A DNA stretch of 64,000 nt, taken from assembly GCF_001194135.2 (NCBI RefSeq), contig NC_068993.1, forward strand, positions 48,870,288 to 48,934,287. The letters run 5' to 3'. Positions 1-12,510 of the stretch are shown here, one piece after another. The notes beneath the pieces were generated by a model, which did not search any database, was not told the origin of the DNA, and saw only the letters and a program-made list of their open reading frames with translations. This DNA comes from Octopus bimaculoides (Eukaryota). Made by a program: the position numbers and the translations under genes. Numbering within the stretch: the stretch's first letter is position 1; each line of letters opens with the position of its first letter.

Positions 1-345
1 TTGCGTGAGTGACTGAGTGGGTGATTGAGTGAGTGATTATTTGATAGAGTAAGTAAGTGTGTTGAGTGACTGAGCGAATGAGTGAGTGATTGTGAGTACG
101 TGAGTGAGTACGTGAGTGAGTACGTGAGTGAGTATGTGATTGAGTATGTGCGTGAGTGAGAGAGTAGATGAGAGACTGAGTAAGAGAGTGAGAAATTGAG
201 TGAGTGCGTGGGTGCGTGAGTGATTGTGAATGAGTGAGTGAGTGAGTGAGTGAGTCAGTGAGTGAGTCGGTCAGTCAGTCAGAGCATGAGAGCATGAGAG
301 CATGAGTGTGCGAGTGAATGATTGACGGAGTGTGAGTGTGAATGA
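1..345. repeat. Degenerate (GAGT)n tetranucleotide microsatellite
   Basis: Runs such as gagtgagtgagtgagt and tgagtacg variants fill the first ~345 nt. Confidence 0.9.
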
Positions 346-981
346 TAGAGATAGAGATGTTTGTACAATAAGACTGAGAGCAAGCCTGTATGGATGAGAA
401 TCAATATGGAACCTCACATGTCAACCAATCAGACGAGGCGCAATTAGGGATGAAGAGTGATTTGGTGAGAGAACGGAGGAGTAGTATAAGTTTTATGGGG
501 TTTTTTAACAATATTTTTATGTATTTTTTAATATTTCAGTATGATCGGGTATTATAATATAATATTAGGTTTAAAGACAGGGTATATTAATATATAGTTT
601 ATCACTATTAATAAAATTGTATATTTGTGTTTATTTACTAAAGTTTCTAGAGATAATATAATATAGATTTCCATTAGTTTAGAATTTATTACCAGGAATC
701 AATAATTTGTAATACTTGATTGTTTATAATTAATAATATTATGAGGGTTTTTTCCCTTAGACGGACTTTTATTTTAGGAGGAATTTGAATATGAAACAGA
801 CCATAATCTTTTTTTTTGGTGTTTACTCTTTATTTTTTATCCTGAGGATGCGTAAGGTAATTTACTTATTTAACTTGAATTGAGAGTTGAATATAACCTT
901 ATACAGAAATGTTGACATAGGTAATAAACTTCAATATAAATGGATATTAGCGTCAAAACTCTTATTTAAATNNNNNNNNNN

Positions 982-1310
982 TAAACTGTGTCCATGCTGG
1001 GGCACCACATTGAAAACTTTTTTGTCGATTGAATAGATCCCAGTATATATTTTTTGCTAAGCTTCGTACTTATTCTATTGCTCTCTTTTGCCGAACCGCT
1101 GGTTTACGGAGATGCAAACACACTAACACCGGTTGTCAAGCGGTACTAGAGGATAAACACAGACACAAAAACACACATATGCACTCACAAGGCTTTGGTC
1201 GGCCCCGAGGCTATAGTACAAGACACCCACCCCAGTGGCCACACAGTGTAACTGAACCCGGAACCATGTGGCTGGAAAACAAACGTCTGATGACACAGCC
1301 ACGCCTGCGG
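982..1310 (-). mobile_element. Diverged tRNA-derived SINE, family A, with internal deletion
   Basis: The reverse complement matches the copies at 7094-7507 and 60895-61320, including the head (ctgaacccggaaccatgtgg...cacagccac), caaggctttggtcggccccgaggctatagta, and the tail-side catgctggggcacc. Confidence 0.85.
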
Positions 1311-1330
1311 CTATTGGACGTGTATAGTAT

Positions 1331-1410
1331 GTGTATAAGGGAATACGTGTATAAGGGAATACGTGTATAAGGGAATACGTGTATAAGGGAATACGTGTAT
1401 AAGGGAATAC
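1331..1410. repeat. Perfect 16-bp minisatellite (GTGTATAAGGGAATAC) x5
   Basis: Five identical units read directly from the sequence. Confidence 0.97.
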
Positions 1411-1599
1411 GGTTTCCCTAGTAGTTAATTAATGGCAGTTGGACCGTGTGGAGCAAACATGCTGAAGCAAAACACAGACCTTTTCTCGACACGAATCTTG
1501 TCAGACATCCGCAGTCATCCGTGGTATTTGGTTGGTTTGAGATCCAGGTATAACAGCAGTGAACGCCCAGGGATACTGTATGCCGGCCCACAATGGTGG

Positions 1600-2010
1600 A
1601 TAAGACTCGTATCAATCACTGCTGTGATGGAAGAATTCCGTGAAATGTCAGTTACCTACCAAATTGACAAACTACCAATATTTGCTGAAGTTAGTGCTGC
1701 TATCAATTTTTTAGGAAACTGAATATCTCCAGAATAATATTCCATTATAAATTTTGAATAGACGTTATTACCCCTGCACAAAAGCACTCCACCGTTATAT
1801 CGCTGAGGTACAGAACGAGCGGTTTATACGACAACGTTGGAAGGATGTTAATATCGCCATCTTAAAAAAGGAAAAACATGGAAGACAAATGTATTTGCTC
1901 CGACAGTAAGTGTATAACACAGCTGTCCATTTCTGAGAAACTCCTGGCAAATATGTTTATGAGACTGACGTAATCAAAAGCCGGAAACATAGCCCCAGAA
2001 TCATTGTTTC
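1600..2010 (+). pseudogene. Decayed RTE-clade LINE reverse transcriptase fragment (N-terminal part of RT)
   Basis: Frameshifted segments occur in the order expected for RTE ORF2: LPIFAEVSAAINFL, RWKDVNIAILKK, CSDSKCITQLSISEKLLANMFMRL (cf. CxNYRGISLLSIAGKILARILLNRL) and IAPES (cf. ILPESQCGFR). Motif similarity judged by eye. Confidence 0.75.
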
Positions 2011-2764
2011 ACCTCCACGAGCAAACACGTACAGCCCAGCTGATCGAGACAATTGTTCGTTTCGTTTGTAAATCTGTCCTTGTTTTTTGAGATATCTTCA
2101 GATGTCTTAAGTTCGTCAATCTTCTCTGCTGTTTCTACACAAGGATGGTGGAGCGAATTGTTGAAGAACAAAAATCTAATCCCTCCAGCAAAACAAAGCT
2201 AATTGCATGGAAAAGGAGACCGCAGTTAGACAAGTCTGCGTATTGGTTCCTGTACCGTCTAATCGCCTTCTTATCCGTGTAACAACGCTGTTATACAAAA
2301 ACAATGGGGAGAGAAACGGAAGTTACTATTAGTTTCTGAAACAGGTTTCCTTTCTGATGTTAAACCTTTCAACATAAGAAGACGGATCTCTGCTTAGCTG
2401 AACGTGATTGCCATATTCCAACAATTATCATTTTAGAATTCTTAATACTGATACAGCCTCATTCGTTCGTCTCTTTCTCCTTTCCCGTCCTGTCAGCGCT
2501 GTTATTATTTCAATCTACACCTTATCCGTACATTCATACTAATCCATTTGCCTATATTTACCTTCCAGCCAACATCCTTGCTTTCTGGTGCCAAGAAAGG
2601 ATCCTCTCTGAGAATCGAGGAAGCAATTTCTACGTGAAAAAAGGAAAGGTTCTTTACGGAAAATTGCAGACGGCATTTATAACGCAAATTGATGAAGGGA
2701 CCTCCACATCGAATACAAACCAAAACAAGAGCCGCATATGAACAAAAGAAGAGAACTACATCAT

Positions 2765-2817
<53 letters not shown>

Positions 2818-3382
2818 CCGTGACTTTCTTCATCATTTCTGAAGTTCGTCTTATTCTTATTTTGTCACCAACCAAACGGTCTGCAGGATTTCATTCAAAA
2901 CTTAAAACATCGTCACAATTAGAAAAAAAAAAAAAAAAAAAAAAAAAAACAGAAACAAAAACACCCCAGCGAGTTGATTGGCTTGAAACATTTGTCACCT
3001 CTCACTAGCTGCCGTGTAGTATTTCACAACAACTACTACTACCACCACCACTACCACCACCACAACCCCAACAAAGCCAAGCAAAATATGTTTTTCCGCC
3101 ATAACTTTACTACTAATTCTTTCGCAATCGTGCTTCCGTCTACCTTTCTCTCGTTAAAGTTTCTGATTTCCTTTCTAGCATTTATTTATTTATTTATAAA
3201 AATTTTCATTAATTTATTTGTATGTTTTCTTTTTACATTTTATCCATCCTATTTTTCTGTCTCTTTATTCTATCACTCTTTACTATTCATTGCTTATTTT
3301 TTTCTCTGTATGGTGCTTTTATACATACACACATGTATGTGTGTGTACTTGTGTGCGATCGCGTTTGTGTATATATATATAT

Positions 3383-3444
<62 letters not shown>

Positions 3445-3523
3445 GCACGCTCGCACACACTTATGCATACATGCGTACACTATACGCATAGAAATATACA
3501 ATATATATGTATTTATATATATA

Positions 3524-4416
3524 CGTAGTCTGATCAATAAGTATCCGGACTGTTGCCATAGTAACGAAGCTGAAGCACGCAGAATAAAACCGCTTGGCAC
3601 AGATCGACTTTGAACTCTGCTATGCATGTGAACTAAATTTTAACGTTCTAGCTCAATTCCGCTGTTTACAGCAGTAATTGACAGGAAGGTGTGTACAGTG
3701 TGATCGTCGCATTGACCATAACAAAAAGTTGAGCAGAGAATCTGCATCAAAATTTTGCCAAAAGCATGGTGATACCTGCTCAGAGGCTTACACACAGTTT
3801 TCAAAAAGTTTTCATCGTTCTCAACATAATCAAGGAGATCGTGCACAATTGAAACCCGAGTGTCCTTTTGGTCAGCTGAAAGCAATTTTTGCACAAACTT
3901 GGCAGACACTCGTCTCATACTCAGATCTCCAATGATAATGGATTGAACTGAACTGTAACTAATGTGCACGTCCTCTGATAACTCACGGATGGTGATTCGA
4001 CGGTTTCCCCTCACGGCTTCACGCACATCTGCAATGTTTTTCTCAGTTTTGCAAGTAGTGGGTCTCTCAGAACATTCGTCAATATCGACATGTTTCGGCC
4101 ATCTTGGAAACGTCTGAACCACTCGTCCACATATGTGCGGCTCATACAATCCTCTCCATACACTTTCTACATCTTTGCTTAGGCCTCTGAGCAGGCATCG
4201 CCATGAAAACTTTCTCTGTCATGGTCAATGCTATGATCACACGCTATGCACCTTCCTACCAAGCACTGCTGTAAACAGCGGAAGTGAGCTAGAACGTTAA
4301 AACTTATTGCGCATGCACAGCAGAGTTCAAGGTAAATCCTGTTCAAGTAGATTAACTCTGTGTGCTTTAACTTCGTTACGATGGCAACATTCTGGATACT
4401 TATCGATCAGACCTCG
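3524..4416. mobile_element. Non-autonomous fold-back mariner element made of two 5' ends (~270-bp inverted arms), TA-flanked
   Basis: Left end TA|CGTAGTCTGATCAATAAGTATCCGGA. Right end (reverse complement) TA|CGAGGTCTGATCGATAAGTATCCAGA. TA dinucleotides at 3522-3523 and 4417-4418. The arms align through the transposase start region (cattgaccat...cctgctcagaggc). Confidence 0.9.
3800..4222 (-). pseudogene. Mariner transposase N-terminal (DNA-binding) fragment, truncated just before the first catalytic D
   Basis: ORF 3640..4149 contains VREAVRGNRRITIRELSEDVHISYSSVQSIIIGDLSMRRVSAKFVQKLLSADQK...NDENFLKT, typical of the mariner second HTH and WVPxxL-equivalent linker. ATG at 4222 on the minus strand. 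Confidence 0.85.
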
Positions 4417-4470
4417 TATATATGTGTGTGTGTGTGTGCGTGTGTGTGTGTGTGTGTNNNNNNNNNNTCG

Positions 4471-4523
<53 letters not shown>

Positions 4524-5135
4524 TAATATGTATGTATTTATGTATGCATATATATAGATATATATGTATGCATACATATATACATGCATGTATTCATGTG
4601 TGTCCATGAGTGTGTATGTATGTGTGTATATGTACGTGTATGTATATAAGTGTTTGTGAGTGTTTGTGTATACTCTCTGTTTCCCTTTAGTTCTGTTCTT
4701 CCATTTCTGCATTCATTATTATCACTCGCGTTTGCACTCCTTTCCTCTATTTATTTATTTATTTCTTCCTTTCTTTCTTTCTTTTTTCTGTCTTTCTTTC
4801 TTTCTTTCTCACCTTTCACCCTATCCACCTTTCCCTCCCCCTTGCATCCTGTTCTTACACGATTTATAACCACACCTATCTATTTACTAGTCCAGTATAT
4901 ATAATATCCTGGAGTTTTTTTCTCATTGAAATTCTTACGAAGGTATTTACAAAATTTTATATGCATACATGTATGTGTGTGTGTGTGTGTATGAGTGTGT
5001 GTGTGTGTGTACGTAGTTTCAGGTATACAAGCACTTATGCATAAACATATAGATATGCACATACCATACATAAAAGCATACTTTTGTATACGTGTGTATA
5101 TGCGTGCGTATACCTGTGTGCGTTTGTATGTATAC

Positions 5136-5181
<46 letters not shown>

Positions 5182-7093
5182 GTGTGTGTGTGTGTGTACA
5201 TACATATATACATACATGCACACACGCACACACACATACGCATATACAAAAGGAGAGGGGAATGAGAGAGAGAGACGGAGAGAGGGGAGAAAGTGAGAGC
5301 GAGAGCGAAGACGTGAGTGAAGTTTGAAAATGGAGTGTGGAGTCTTTAAAAACATTTATTTATCTAATCGGTTTCACTATTAGCCTTAAGTTAACGTAGA
5401 TCAAGCTGACCTGTAAATTAAAGAATTTGCAGGTATGGTAGTCTTGTCCGCATTTTTTTTCTTTTGTACTAAGCACAATGAATCCCTGATTACCTTATCT
5501 AAAGTTCCCAAATTAAAGATAACAGTGAAATTGTCTGCTGTTTCCTCTTCTGCAACATTTCTTTTTCTCTTCCACTCTCCACTCGCGTTTGCTCACCCCT
5601 TTCTTTTTAAACTTAGAAAGGTCTAGAATGGCAGCACTCGGGAGCCACCATCAGCTGGAACTCCAAGACAATTGTTTTATTCTACTGGACAGTCTACTTG
5701 TGTTCTGTTACTTCTCAGAGCCCCTCTATCATTGCCACTATTCTAGCCTGTGCTGGCCCTGTTAGATAGCACATTGGTGACCTCTCATCACACGTCTTCC
5801 CAAATAGAGGTGTCATAAGCACTTGCGACGAGCAAGTGCCTGGAGCCACAGCCCCGTCCTTCACTCATTGTTACATACAGCAAATGTTCCTGTTGTTTAC
5901 TACTTGCTATATAAGCTACAGGGGCCCGCACTCCCTGTAGCTATTTTTTCATATGCGTAGGTGTGGGTGATACCGTAATTTTCGTTCTTATCGGTTTACG
6001 CATTTATAGACAAATATTTTATTTTTCTGGGTGCGGTGTTCCTCAGCGATTGGAAGTTTCATGACACAAAGGCATATTGCATTTATATATTATGACATAT
6101 TCTTCCTTGCAATCCGGTTATTACGCAATCTACTTATGGTGAATTACAAAACAGTCGAAGATTGTTCGCTTTCTTTTTATTTCACGAAATGTAAAAAAAA
6201 AAAATGATGCATAAAAAACGTATGATACACTATTTACAAAAAAGAGCATAAAGAGGTTCTTAGGAATGGAATGAAGTAGTTCACTATTGGGAATGCACTA
6301 CTCAGACTTGTGAGACCATCGGGAAAGATTGTAGTAAAAAAACCATCGTCCATTTCATGACAGCCTGCAAGAGAAGGACTGTATGCAAAGTCATTTAAAA
6401 AAAAATTATTTACAAATTTTAAGATATGTTTTTAATGCTGCTAAAAATTATTTGATTACTGAAACAGCATCTTTTTAAAATAATTTTTTTACATCTTCTG
6501 AGACTAGAGAGAATCGCATCTTTTCACACAAAATGATTCCAGACAATTGGTCAACGATAGGGGTAGCTGAATTTATTAAATTTTATTATGACATAACTAT
6601 TACATTTAAATGTTACCCCCAAATAAGTCGCCGGTTATTTGTGAATATTCTTTATAAATTTTTCGTGAACACATTTTGATATAGAATTGTGATAAACTTT
6701 AAACATTAGTCTCAAGTGAACAGCCAATTTTATTTCATGAATCTTTACTATTTTATTACCAAGCTTTAAAGGCCTAGAGTGGGATCCTCTGGGAACCTTT
6801 GATATAATCCTGTCAACATGTTTTTGTAATGTATAAAGTCTACTTAATTTTCACTTCATTACTGTTGTTGTTGTTGTGTTGTTGTTGTTGTTGACGCCGT
6901 CGGGGTTTCTTTTTTTTTATATCATCAGGTTTATATGAAGCAGATGACACCAACGACTTTCCTTCTACTCTTTCATGTTAACTGTGGTTGCCATATTCAC
7001 CAGCGCTGTAATTACAAACCGAGACACTTGACATAATCATCTCTCCACCATTCTCTTTGTTTCAATTAAACTCTCTTTCACTTATGCTGTATA

Positions 7094-7507
7094 GGCGTAG
7101 GAGTGGCTGTGTGGTAAGTAGCTTGCTTACCAACCACATAGTTCCGGGTTCAGTCCCACTGCGTGGCATCTTGGGCAAGTGTCTTCTACTATAGCCTCGG
7201 GCCGACCAAAGCCTTGTGAGTGGATTTGGTAGACGGAAACTGAAAGAAGCCCGTCGTATATATGTATATATATATATATACGTGTATGTATGTATGTATG
7301 TGTGTTTGTGCATCTGTGTTTGTCCCCTCACCATCGCTTGACAACCCATGCTGGTGCTTACATCCCCGTAACTTAGCGGTTCGGCAAAAAGAGAACGATA
7401 GAATAAGTACTAGGTTTACAAAGAATAAGTCCTGGGGTCGATTTGCTCGACTAAAGGCGGTACTCCAGCATGGCCGCAGTCAAATGACTGAAACAATTAA
7501 AAGAGTA
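7094..7507 (+). mobile_element. Full-length tRNA-derived SINE, family A
   Basis: Pol III A-box-like tggctgtgtggt and B-box ggttcagtccc, followed by cttgggcaagtgtcttc, an internal (TA/TATG/TG)n tract, and the 3' part ending gaaacaattaaaagagta. Near-identical to 60895-61320. Confidence 0.92.
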
Positions 7508-8099
7508 NNNNNNNNNNNNNNNNNNNNNNNNNNNNNNNNNNNNNNNNNNNNNNNNNNNNNNNNNNNNNNNNNNNNNNNNNNNNNNNNNNNNNNNNNNNNN
7601 NNNNNNNNNNNNNNNNNNNNNNNNNNNNNNNNNNNNNNNNNNNNNNNNNNNNNNNNNNNNNNNNNNNNNNNNNNNNNNNNNNNNNNNNNNNNNNNNNNNN
7701 NNNNNNNNNNNNNNNNNNNNNNNNNNNNNNNNNNNNNNNNNNNNNNNNNNNNNNNNNNNNNNNNNNNNNNNNNNNNNNNNNNNNNNNNNNNNNNNNNNNN
7801 NNNNNNNNNNNNNNNNNNNNNNNNNNNNNNNNNNNNNNNNNNNNNNNNNNNNNNNNNNNNNNNNNNNNNNNNNNNNNNNNNNNNNNNNNNNNNNNNNNNN
7901 NNNNNNNNNNNNNNNNNNNNNNNNNNNNNNNNNNNNNNNNNNNNNNNNNNNNNNNNNNNNNNNNNNNNNNNNNNNNNNNNNNNNNNNNNNNNNNNNNNNN
8001 NNNNNNNNNNNNNNNNNNNNNNNNNNNNNNNNNNNNNNNNNNNNNNNNNNNNNNNNNNNNNNNNNNNNNNNNNNNNNNNNNNNNNNNNNNNNNNNNNNN

Positions 8100-8240
8100 G
8101 GAGAAGAAGAAGAACAACAACAACAACAAGAACAAGAACAAGAACAAGAACAAGAACAGCAACAACAACAACAACAACAAGACGAAGAAGAAGAAGAAGA
8201 AGAAGAAGAAGAAGAAGAACAACAACAACAACAACAACAA
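8100..8240. repeat. Compound (AAG)/(AAC)/(AAGAAC) microsatellite
   Basis: Read directly from the sequence. Confidence 0.95.
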
Positions 8241-9053
8241 TGGTTTCAAATATAGGCGCAATGCCAGCAAATTTTGTCAGGAATGTAATAGTCGAAGCCA
8301 TCTATCCTCACGGTTAATAATACTAATACTAATAATATTTCTTATGGTTATATTCTTCTCTATTCATATTTTCTTCTTCATTTATGAAAACCCATTTTGT
8401 CAGTTTTTCACTGTAAAAGCACCAATGATATATTCAATGGAGAAAATAGTAAATAGGAGTTGCAAATCTAGTTAACCCACCTATCAACCACACGCTGTGA
8501 AAGATTCTGAAAATCACAGCGAAAGATTTTGATATAATTATTTTTATGACTTGTTTTATAGTATGGTTAATGTTAGCGCTTTTTTTTTCAATTGCTGTTA
8601 CAATAGTTTGTTGTTGTTTTGTTGTTATTTTTTTAAATGTTTTTGCTTCATTTTGTTCTTGAAGTTTTTAGTTTCCATTTCTGTTTAACCAGAGAAAATC
8701 GCCATAAAAAAAAAATAAACAAAAATTTCCATAAATTTAAATAAACAGAAGAGCAAATAGAATAAAGTTAAAAAAAGCTTGTTGTTTTGTATGGGATTGA
8801 AATTACAGTAAAAGTAGTTAAAAAGAAAATAAAACACACAAACACACACACGCACAGACACATATACACATGCGAAGAAACACACACTTAAACATATGCG
8901 CTTATATGCACGTACACACGCGCGCACACGCATACGCACCAGGGAAATACAAAGTAGAGAGGGGAAGCTCCCGTTTCCGTTGAAAGAAAAAAAGAAGAAA
9001 AAAAAGGGTAAGAAACACTGTTAATGTGAAAGCGCAGAATATTAGGCGGTTAG

Positions 9054-9217
9054 AGGAAGAAGAAGAAGAAGAAGAAGAAGAAGAAGAAGGAGAAGAAGAA
9101 GAAGAAGAAGAAGAAGAAGAAGAAGAAGAAGAAGAAGAAGAAGGAGAAGAAGAAGAAGAAGAAGAAGAAGAAGAAGAAGAAGAAGAAGAAGAAGAAGAAG
9201 AAGAAGAAGAAGAAGAA
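9054..9217. repeat. (GAA)n microsatellite
   Basis: Near-pure gaa array. It explains the poly-E and poly-S ORFs. Confidence 0.97.
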
Positions 9218-10689
9218 CTATGACGTAAAGGAAAACAGCAACAAAAACAAAAACAACACCCAGCTAGCGGGAAAACAAAAGAAATTTGAATAACGGAACA
9301 AAATTTGCTGTTCATTTTCTTTTTCTTTCGTGTGCGTCTTGTTTTGTTTTAAATTTGTGGTTAAATTACCGGGGTAAATACGAGAATAGGGGTGGCAAGG
9401 TATGCGTGTGTGTGTCTAGGTGGTATAGGCACTTATATATATATCTACTTATGCATACACACACATACATACGCACACACACATATCTACATATATATTA
9501 TGCATACACACGTAATACATGAATAATACATACACCTGTATAGATTAGGTATATAAAATATATGCATGTGTAATATTTACATATATATCCTACAATACAT
9601 ATATGCAAACATTTATATGTGTGTATACGTATCTATGTATATGTACCTCTGTATGTATGTATATATATATATATATATNNNNNNNNNNNNNNNNNNNNNN
9701 NNNNNNNNNNNNNNNNNNNNNNNNNNNNNNNNNNNNNNNNNNNNNNNNNNNNNNNNNNNNNNNNNNNNNNNNNNNNNNNNNNNNNNNNNNNNNNNNNNNN
9801 NNNNNNNNNNNNNNNNNNNNNNNNNNNNNNNNNNNNNNNNNNNNNNNNNNNNNNNNNNNNNNNNNNNNNNNNNNNNNNNNNNNNNNNNNNNNNNNNNNNN
9901 NNNNNNNNNNNNNNNNNNNNNNNNNNNNNNNNNNNNNNNNNNNNNNNNNNNNNNNNNNNNNNNNNNNNNNNNNNNNNNNNNNNNNNNNNNNNNNNNNNNN
10001 NNNNNNNNNNNNNNNNNNNNNNNNNNNNNNNNNNNNNNNNNNNNNNNNNNNNNNNNNNNNNNNNNNNNNNNNNNNNNNNNNNNNNNNNNNNNNNNNNNNN
10101 NNNNNNNNNNNNNNNNNNNNNNNNNNNNNNNNNNNNNNNNNNNNNNNNNNNNNNNNNNNNNNNNNNNNNNNNNNNNNNNNNNNNNNNNNNNNNNNNNNNN
10201 NNNNNNNNNNNNNNNNNNNNNNNNNNNNNNNNNNNNNNNNNNNNNNNNNNNNNNNNNNNNNNNNNNNNNNNNNNNNNNNNNNNNNNNNNNNNNNNNNNNN
10301 NNNNNNNNNNNNNNNNNNNNNNNNNNNNNNNNNNNNNNNNNNNNNNNNNNNNNNNNNNNNNNNNNNNNNNNNNATATATACATTTATATATACACACATA
10401 AACATAAAGAGATTACGTTTATATTCATACATATTGTATGCGATGAATGGTCAATTAATATATATATTTAATATATATTCATATTTTATGCATTACATGA
10501 TGTATGTATACATATATATACAATCATACGTAAACATATATTACACACATTTACATTTGATATATACAATATATACGTATACTATACACACATGTACGCA
10601 TACATGCATATACCTAGGCATATAAATATATGTAGAGTTATATAATATATATTTATATGTATATATATATGTATTTCATCTCTTTCTCT

Positions 10690-10763
<74 letters not shown>

Positions 10764-11754
10764 NNNNNNNNNNNNNNNNNNNNNNNNNNNNNNNNNNNNN
10801 NNNNNNNNNNNNNNNNNNNNNNNNNNNNNNNNNNNNNNNNNNNNNNNNNNNNNNNNNNNNNNNNNNNNNNNNNNNNNNNNNNNNNNNNNNNNNNNNNNNN
10901 NNNNNNNNNNNNNNNNNNNNNNNNNNNNNNNNNNNNNNNNNNNNNNNNNNNNNNNNNNNNNNNNNNNNNNNNNNNNNNNNNNNNNNNNNNNNNNNNNNNN
11001 NNNNNNNNNNNNNNNNNATATGTATATCTATACATATATATCATATATATGCATCTATATATATATATATGTATATATAAATGCATATATATATACATAT
11101 ATATATATGTATATATGTATATATATATACATATATATACATATATATGCATATACACTTATGGATACATATATGTGTGTATGTGTATGTGTGCGCGAGT
11201 GTGTGTGTGTATGTCTGCGTGTGTCAGTGTGTGTGTGTGTGCACGTGCGTGTATGTGTATGTGTGTGTGTGTTTATTTGTTAGAGTTGAAATAAACTCCT
11301 TAAATAGCTGATGGCAGGCATTAAATCTTTGAACAGATGTTATTTTATTGAGTTGTTGCTCTCCTAAAGCAAGAGCACATCGTCGAAATACAAACCGAAT
11401 GTCTAACGGTTCGAATCTGGCTAAAGCTTATGGAGTCCCTCCAGGGCTAGAACAAACTAAATGTGTAAAATAACTTACCCTATTTAGACACCCCTGTTTT
11501 TGGATCCATGTGTTCGTTGGGGATATTCTGATGTCTAAATTCTCTTCACACTAGCTTTAAATATCTTATATTCTAAGTGTATCTTGGAAACTTTGAACAA
11601 CGTTCAGCCATGTACTTCTAGCATCTTTTGTTAAGGTTAGTTCTACAAATATTCCATAGACACAATAGACAGCACTGAGTTTTTCTTCAACGTTTTGTAT
11701 CGAGATGTCATATATATATATAAACAAACAATGAAATCGGATACAAAAAACACT

Positions 11755-11860
11755 GTGATGCGAGATACATTGTGTCTCAGCAGAAGATAGAATGGTCACT
11801 GTTGGATGTTTTCTAGTCACAAGTCAGCTTGATCAGGGTTGACGTAGGGTTTATAACGGT
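11755..11860 (+). mobile_element. 3' fragment of a minor interspersed repeat (family C, probably a SINE tail)
   Basis: The motif gatcagggttgacgtagggttt recurs at ~31990 (+) and ~43050 (-). Confidence 0.5.
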
Positions 11861-11965
11861 TTTAAATTTTGGCATCAGGCAAGCAATTTCGGAGGAAGGG
11901 AGCTAAGTCGATTACATCGATCCCAGTGCTCATTTGCTACTTATATTATCAACCCAGAAATGGTG
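11860..11965 (-). mobile_element. SINE family B, 3' fragment
   Basis: tttaaattttggcatcaggc...aagtcgattacatcgatcccagtgc matches the reverse complement of the family B tail. Confidence 0.7.
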
Positions 11966-11969
11966 AAAG

Positions 11970-12204
11970 GGCGGCGTGTTGGAAGAATCGTTACCGCGCC
12001 GGGCGAAATACTTAGCGTTATTTCGTCTGCCACTACGTTATGAGTTCAAATTCCGCCGAGGCCGACTTAGTCTTTCATCCTTTCGGGGTCGATTAAATAA
12101 GTACCAGTCACGCACTGAGGTCGATATAATCGACTTAATTCGTTTGTCTGCCCTTGTTTATCCCCTCTGTGTGTAGCCCCTTGTGGGCAATAAAGAAATA
12201 AGAA
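11970..12204 (+). mobile_element. Full-length tRNA-derived SINE, family B (subfamily with gccccttgtgggcaataaagaaataagaa tail)
   Basis: Head ggcggcg...gaatcgttaccgcgccgggcgaaatacttagcg, B-box gagttcaaattcc, core gtctttcatcctttcggggtcgattaaataagtaccag. Confidence 0.92.
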
Positions 12205-12209
12205 ATGAT

Positions 12210-12510
12210 GAAAGGTAAATTTAACCCCGGTGGTATTTGAACCCAGAACGTAAACACGTGGTAGTGAAGATTCTTCCAGCTCGCCGCCTTCTGAGGTTAA
12301 ATAATAATAATTTCAAATTTTGGCACAAGGCCAGCAATTTCGTGAGAAGAGGTAAGTCAATCGCATCGATTCCAGTGTTCAATTGGTGCTTGTTTTATCG
12401 ACCCCGAGGGGTTGAGAAGCAAAAAGCAGAGTAGACCCCGGTGGAAATTGAACTTAGAACATGAAGACGGATGAAATGCTGCTAAGCATTATTGTTGGTG
12501 TATTAACAAT
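12210..12510 (-). mobile_element. Two decayed family B SINE copies
   Basis: gatgaaaggtaaatttaaccccggtggtatttgaacccagaacg...ttccagctcgccgcc (12205-12290) and tttggcacaaggcc...tttatcgaccccg...gaacttagaacatgaagacggatgaaatgctgctaagcatt (12320-12510). Confidence 0.75.

Noticed and set aside
480-971. Very AT-rich, G/T-skewed stretch resembling mitochondrial DNA (NUMT)
   Set aside because: I found no open frame in the plus-strand frames I tried under the invertebrate mitochondrial code, and no recognisable mitochondrial gene, tRNA or rRNA motif.
7094-7170. tRNA gene calls at SINE heads (also 60895, 42060, 11970)
   Set aside because: They have A/B boxes but no complete cloverleaf, and they continue into SINE bodies.
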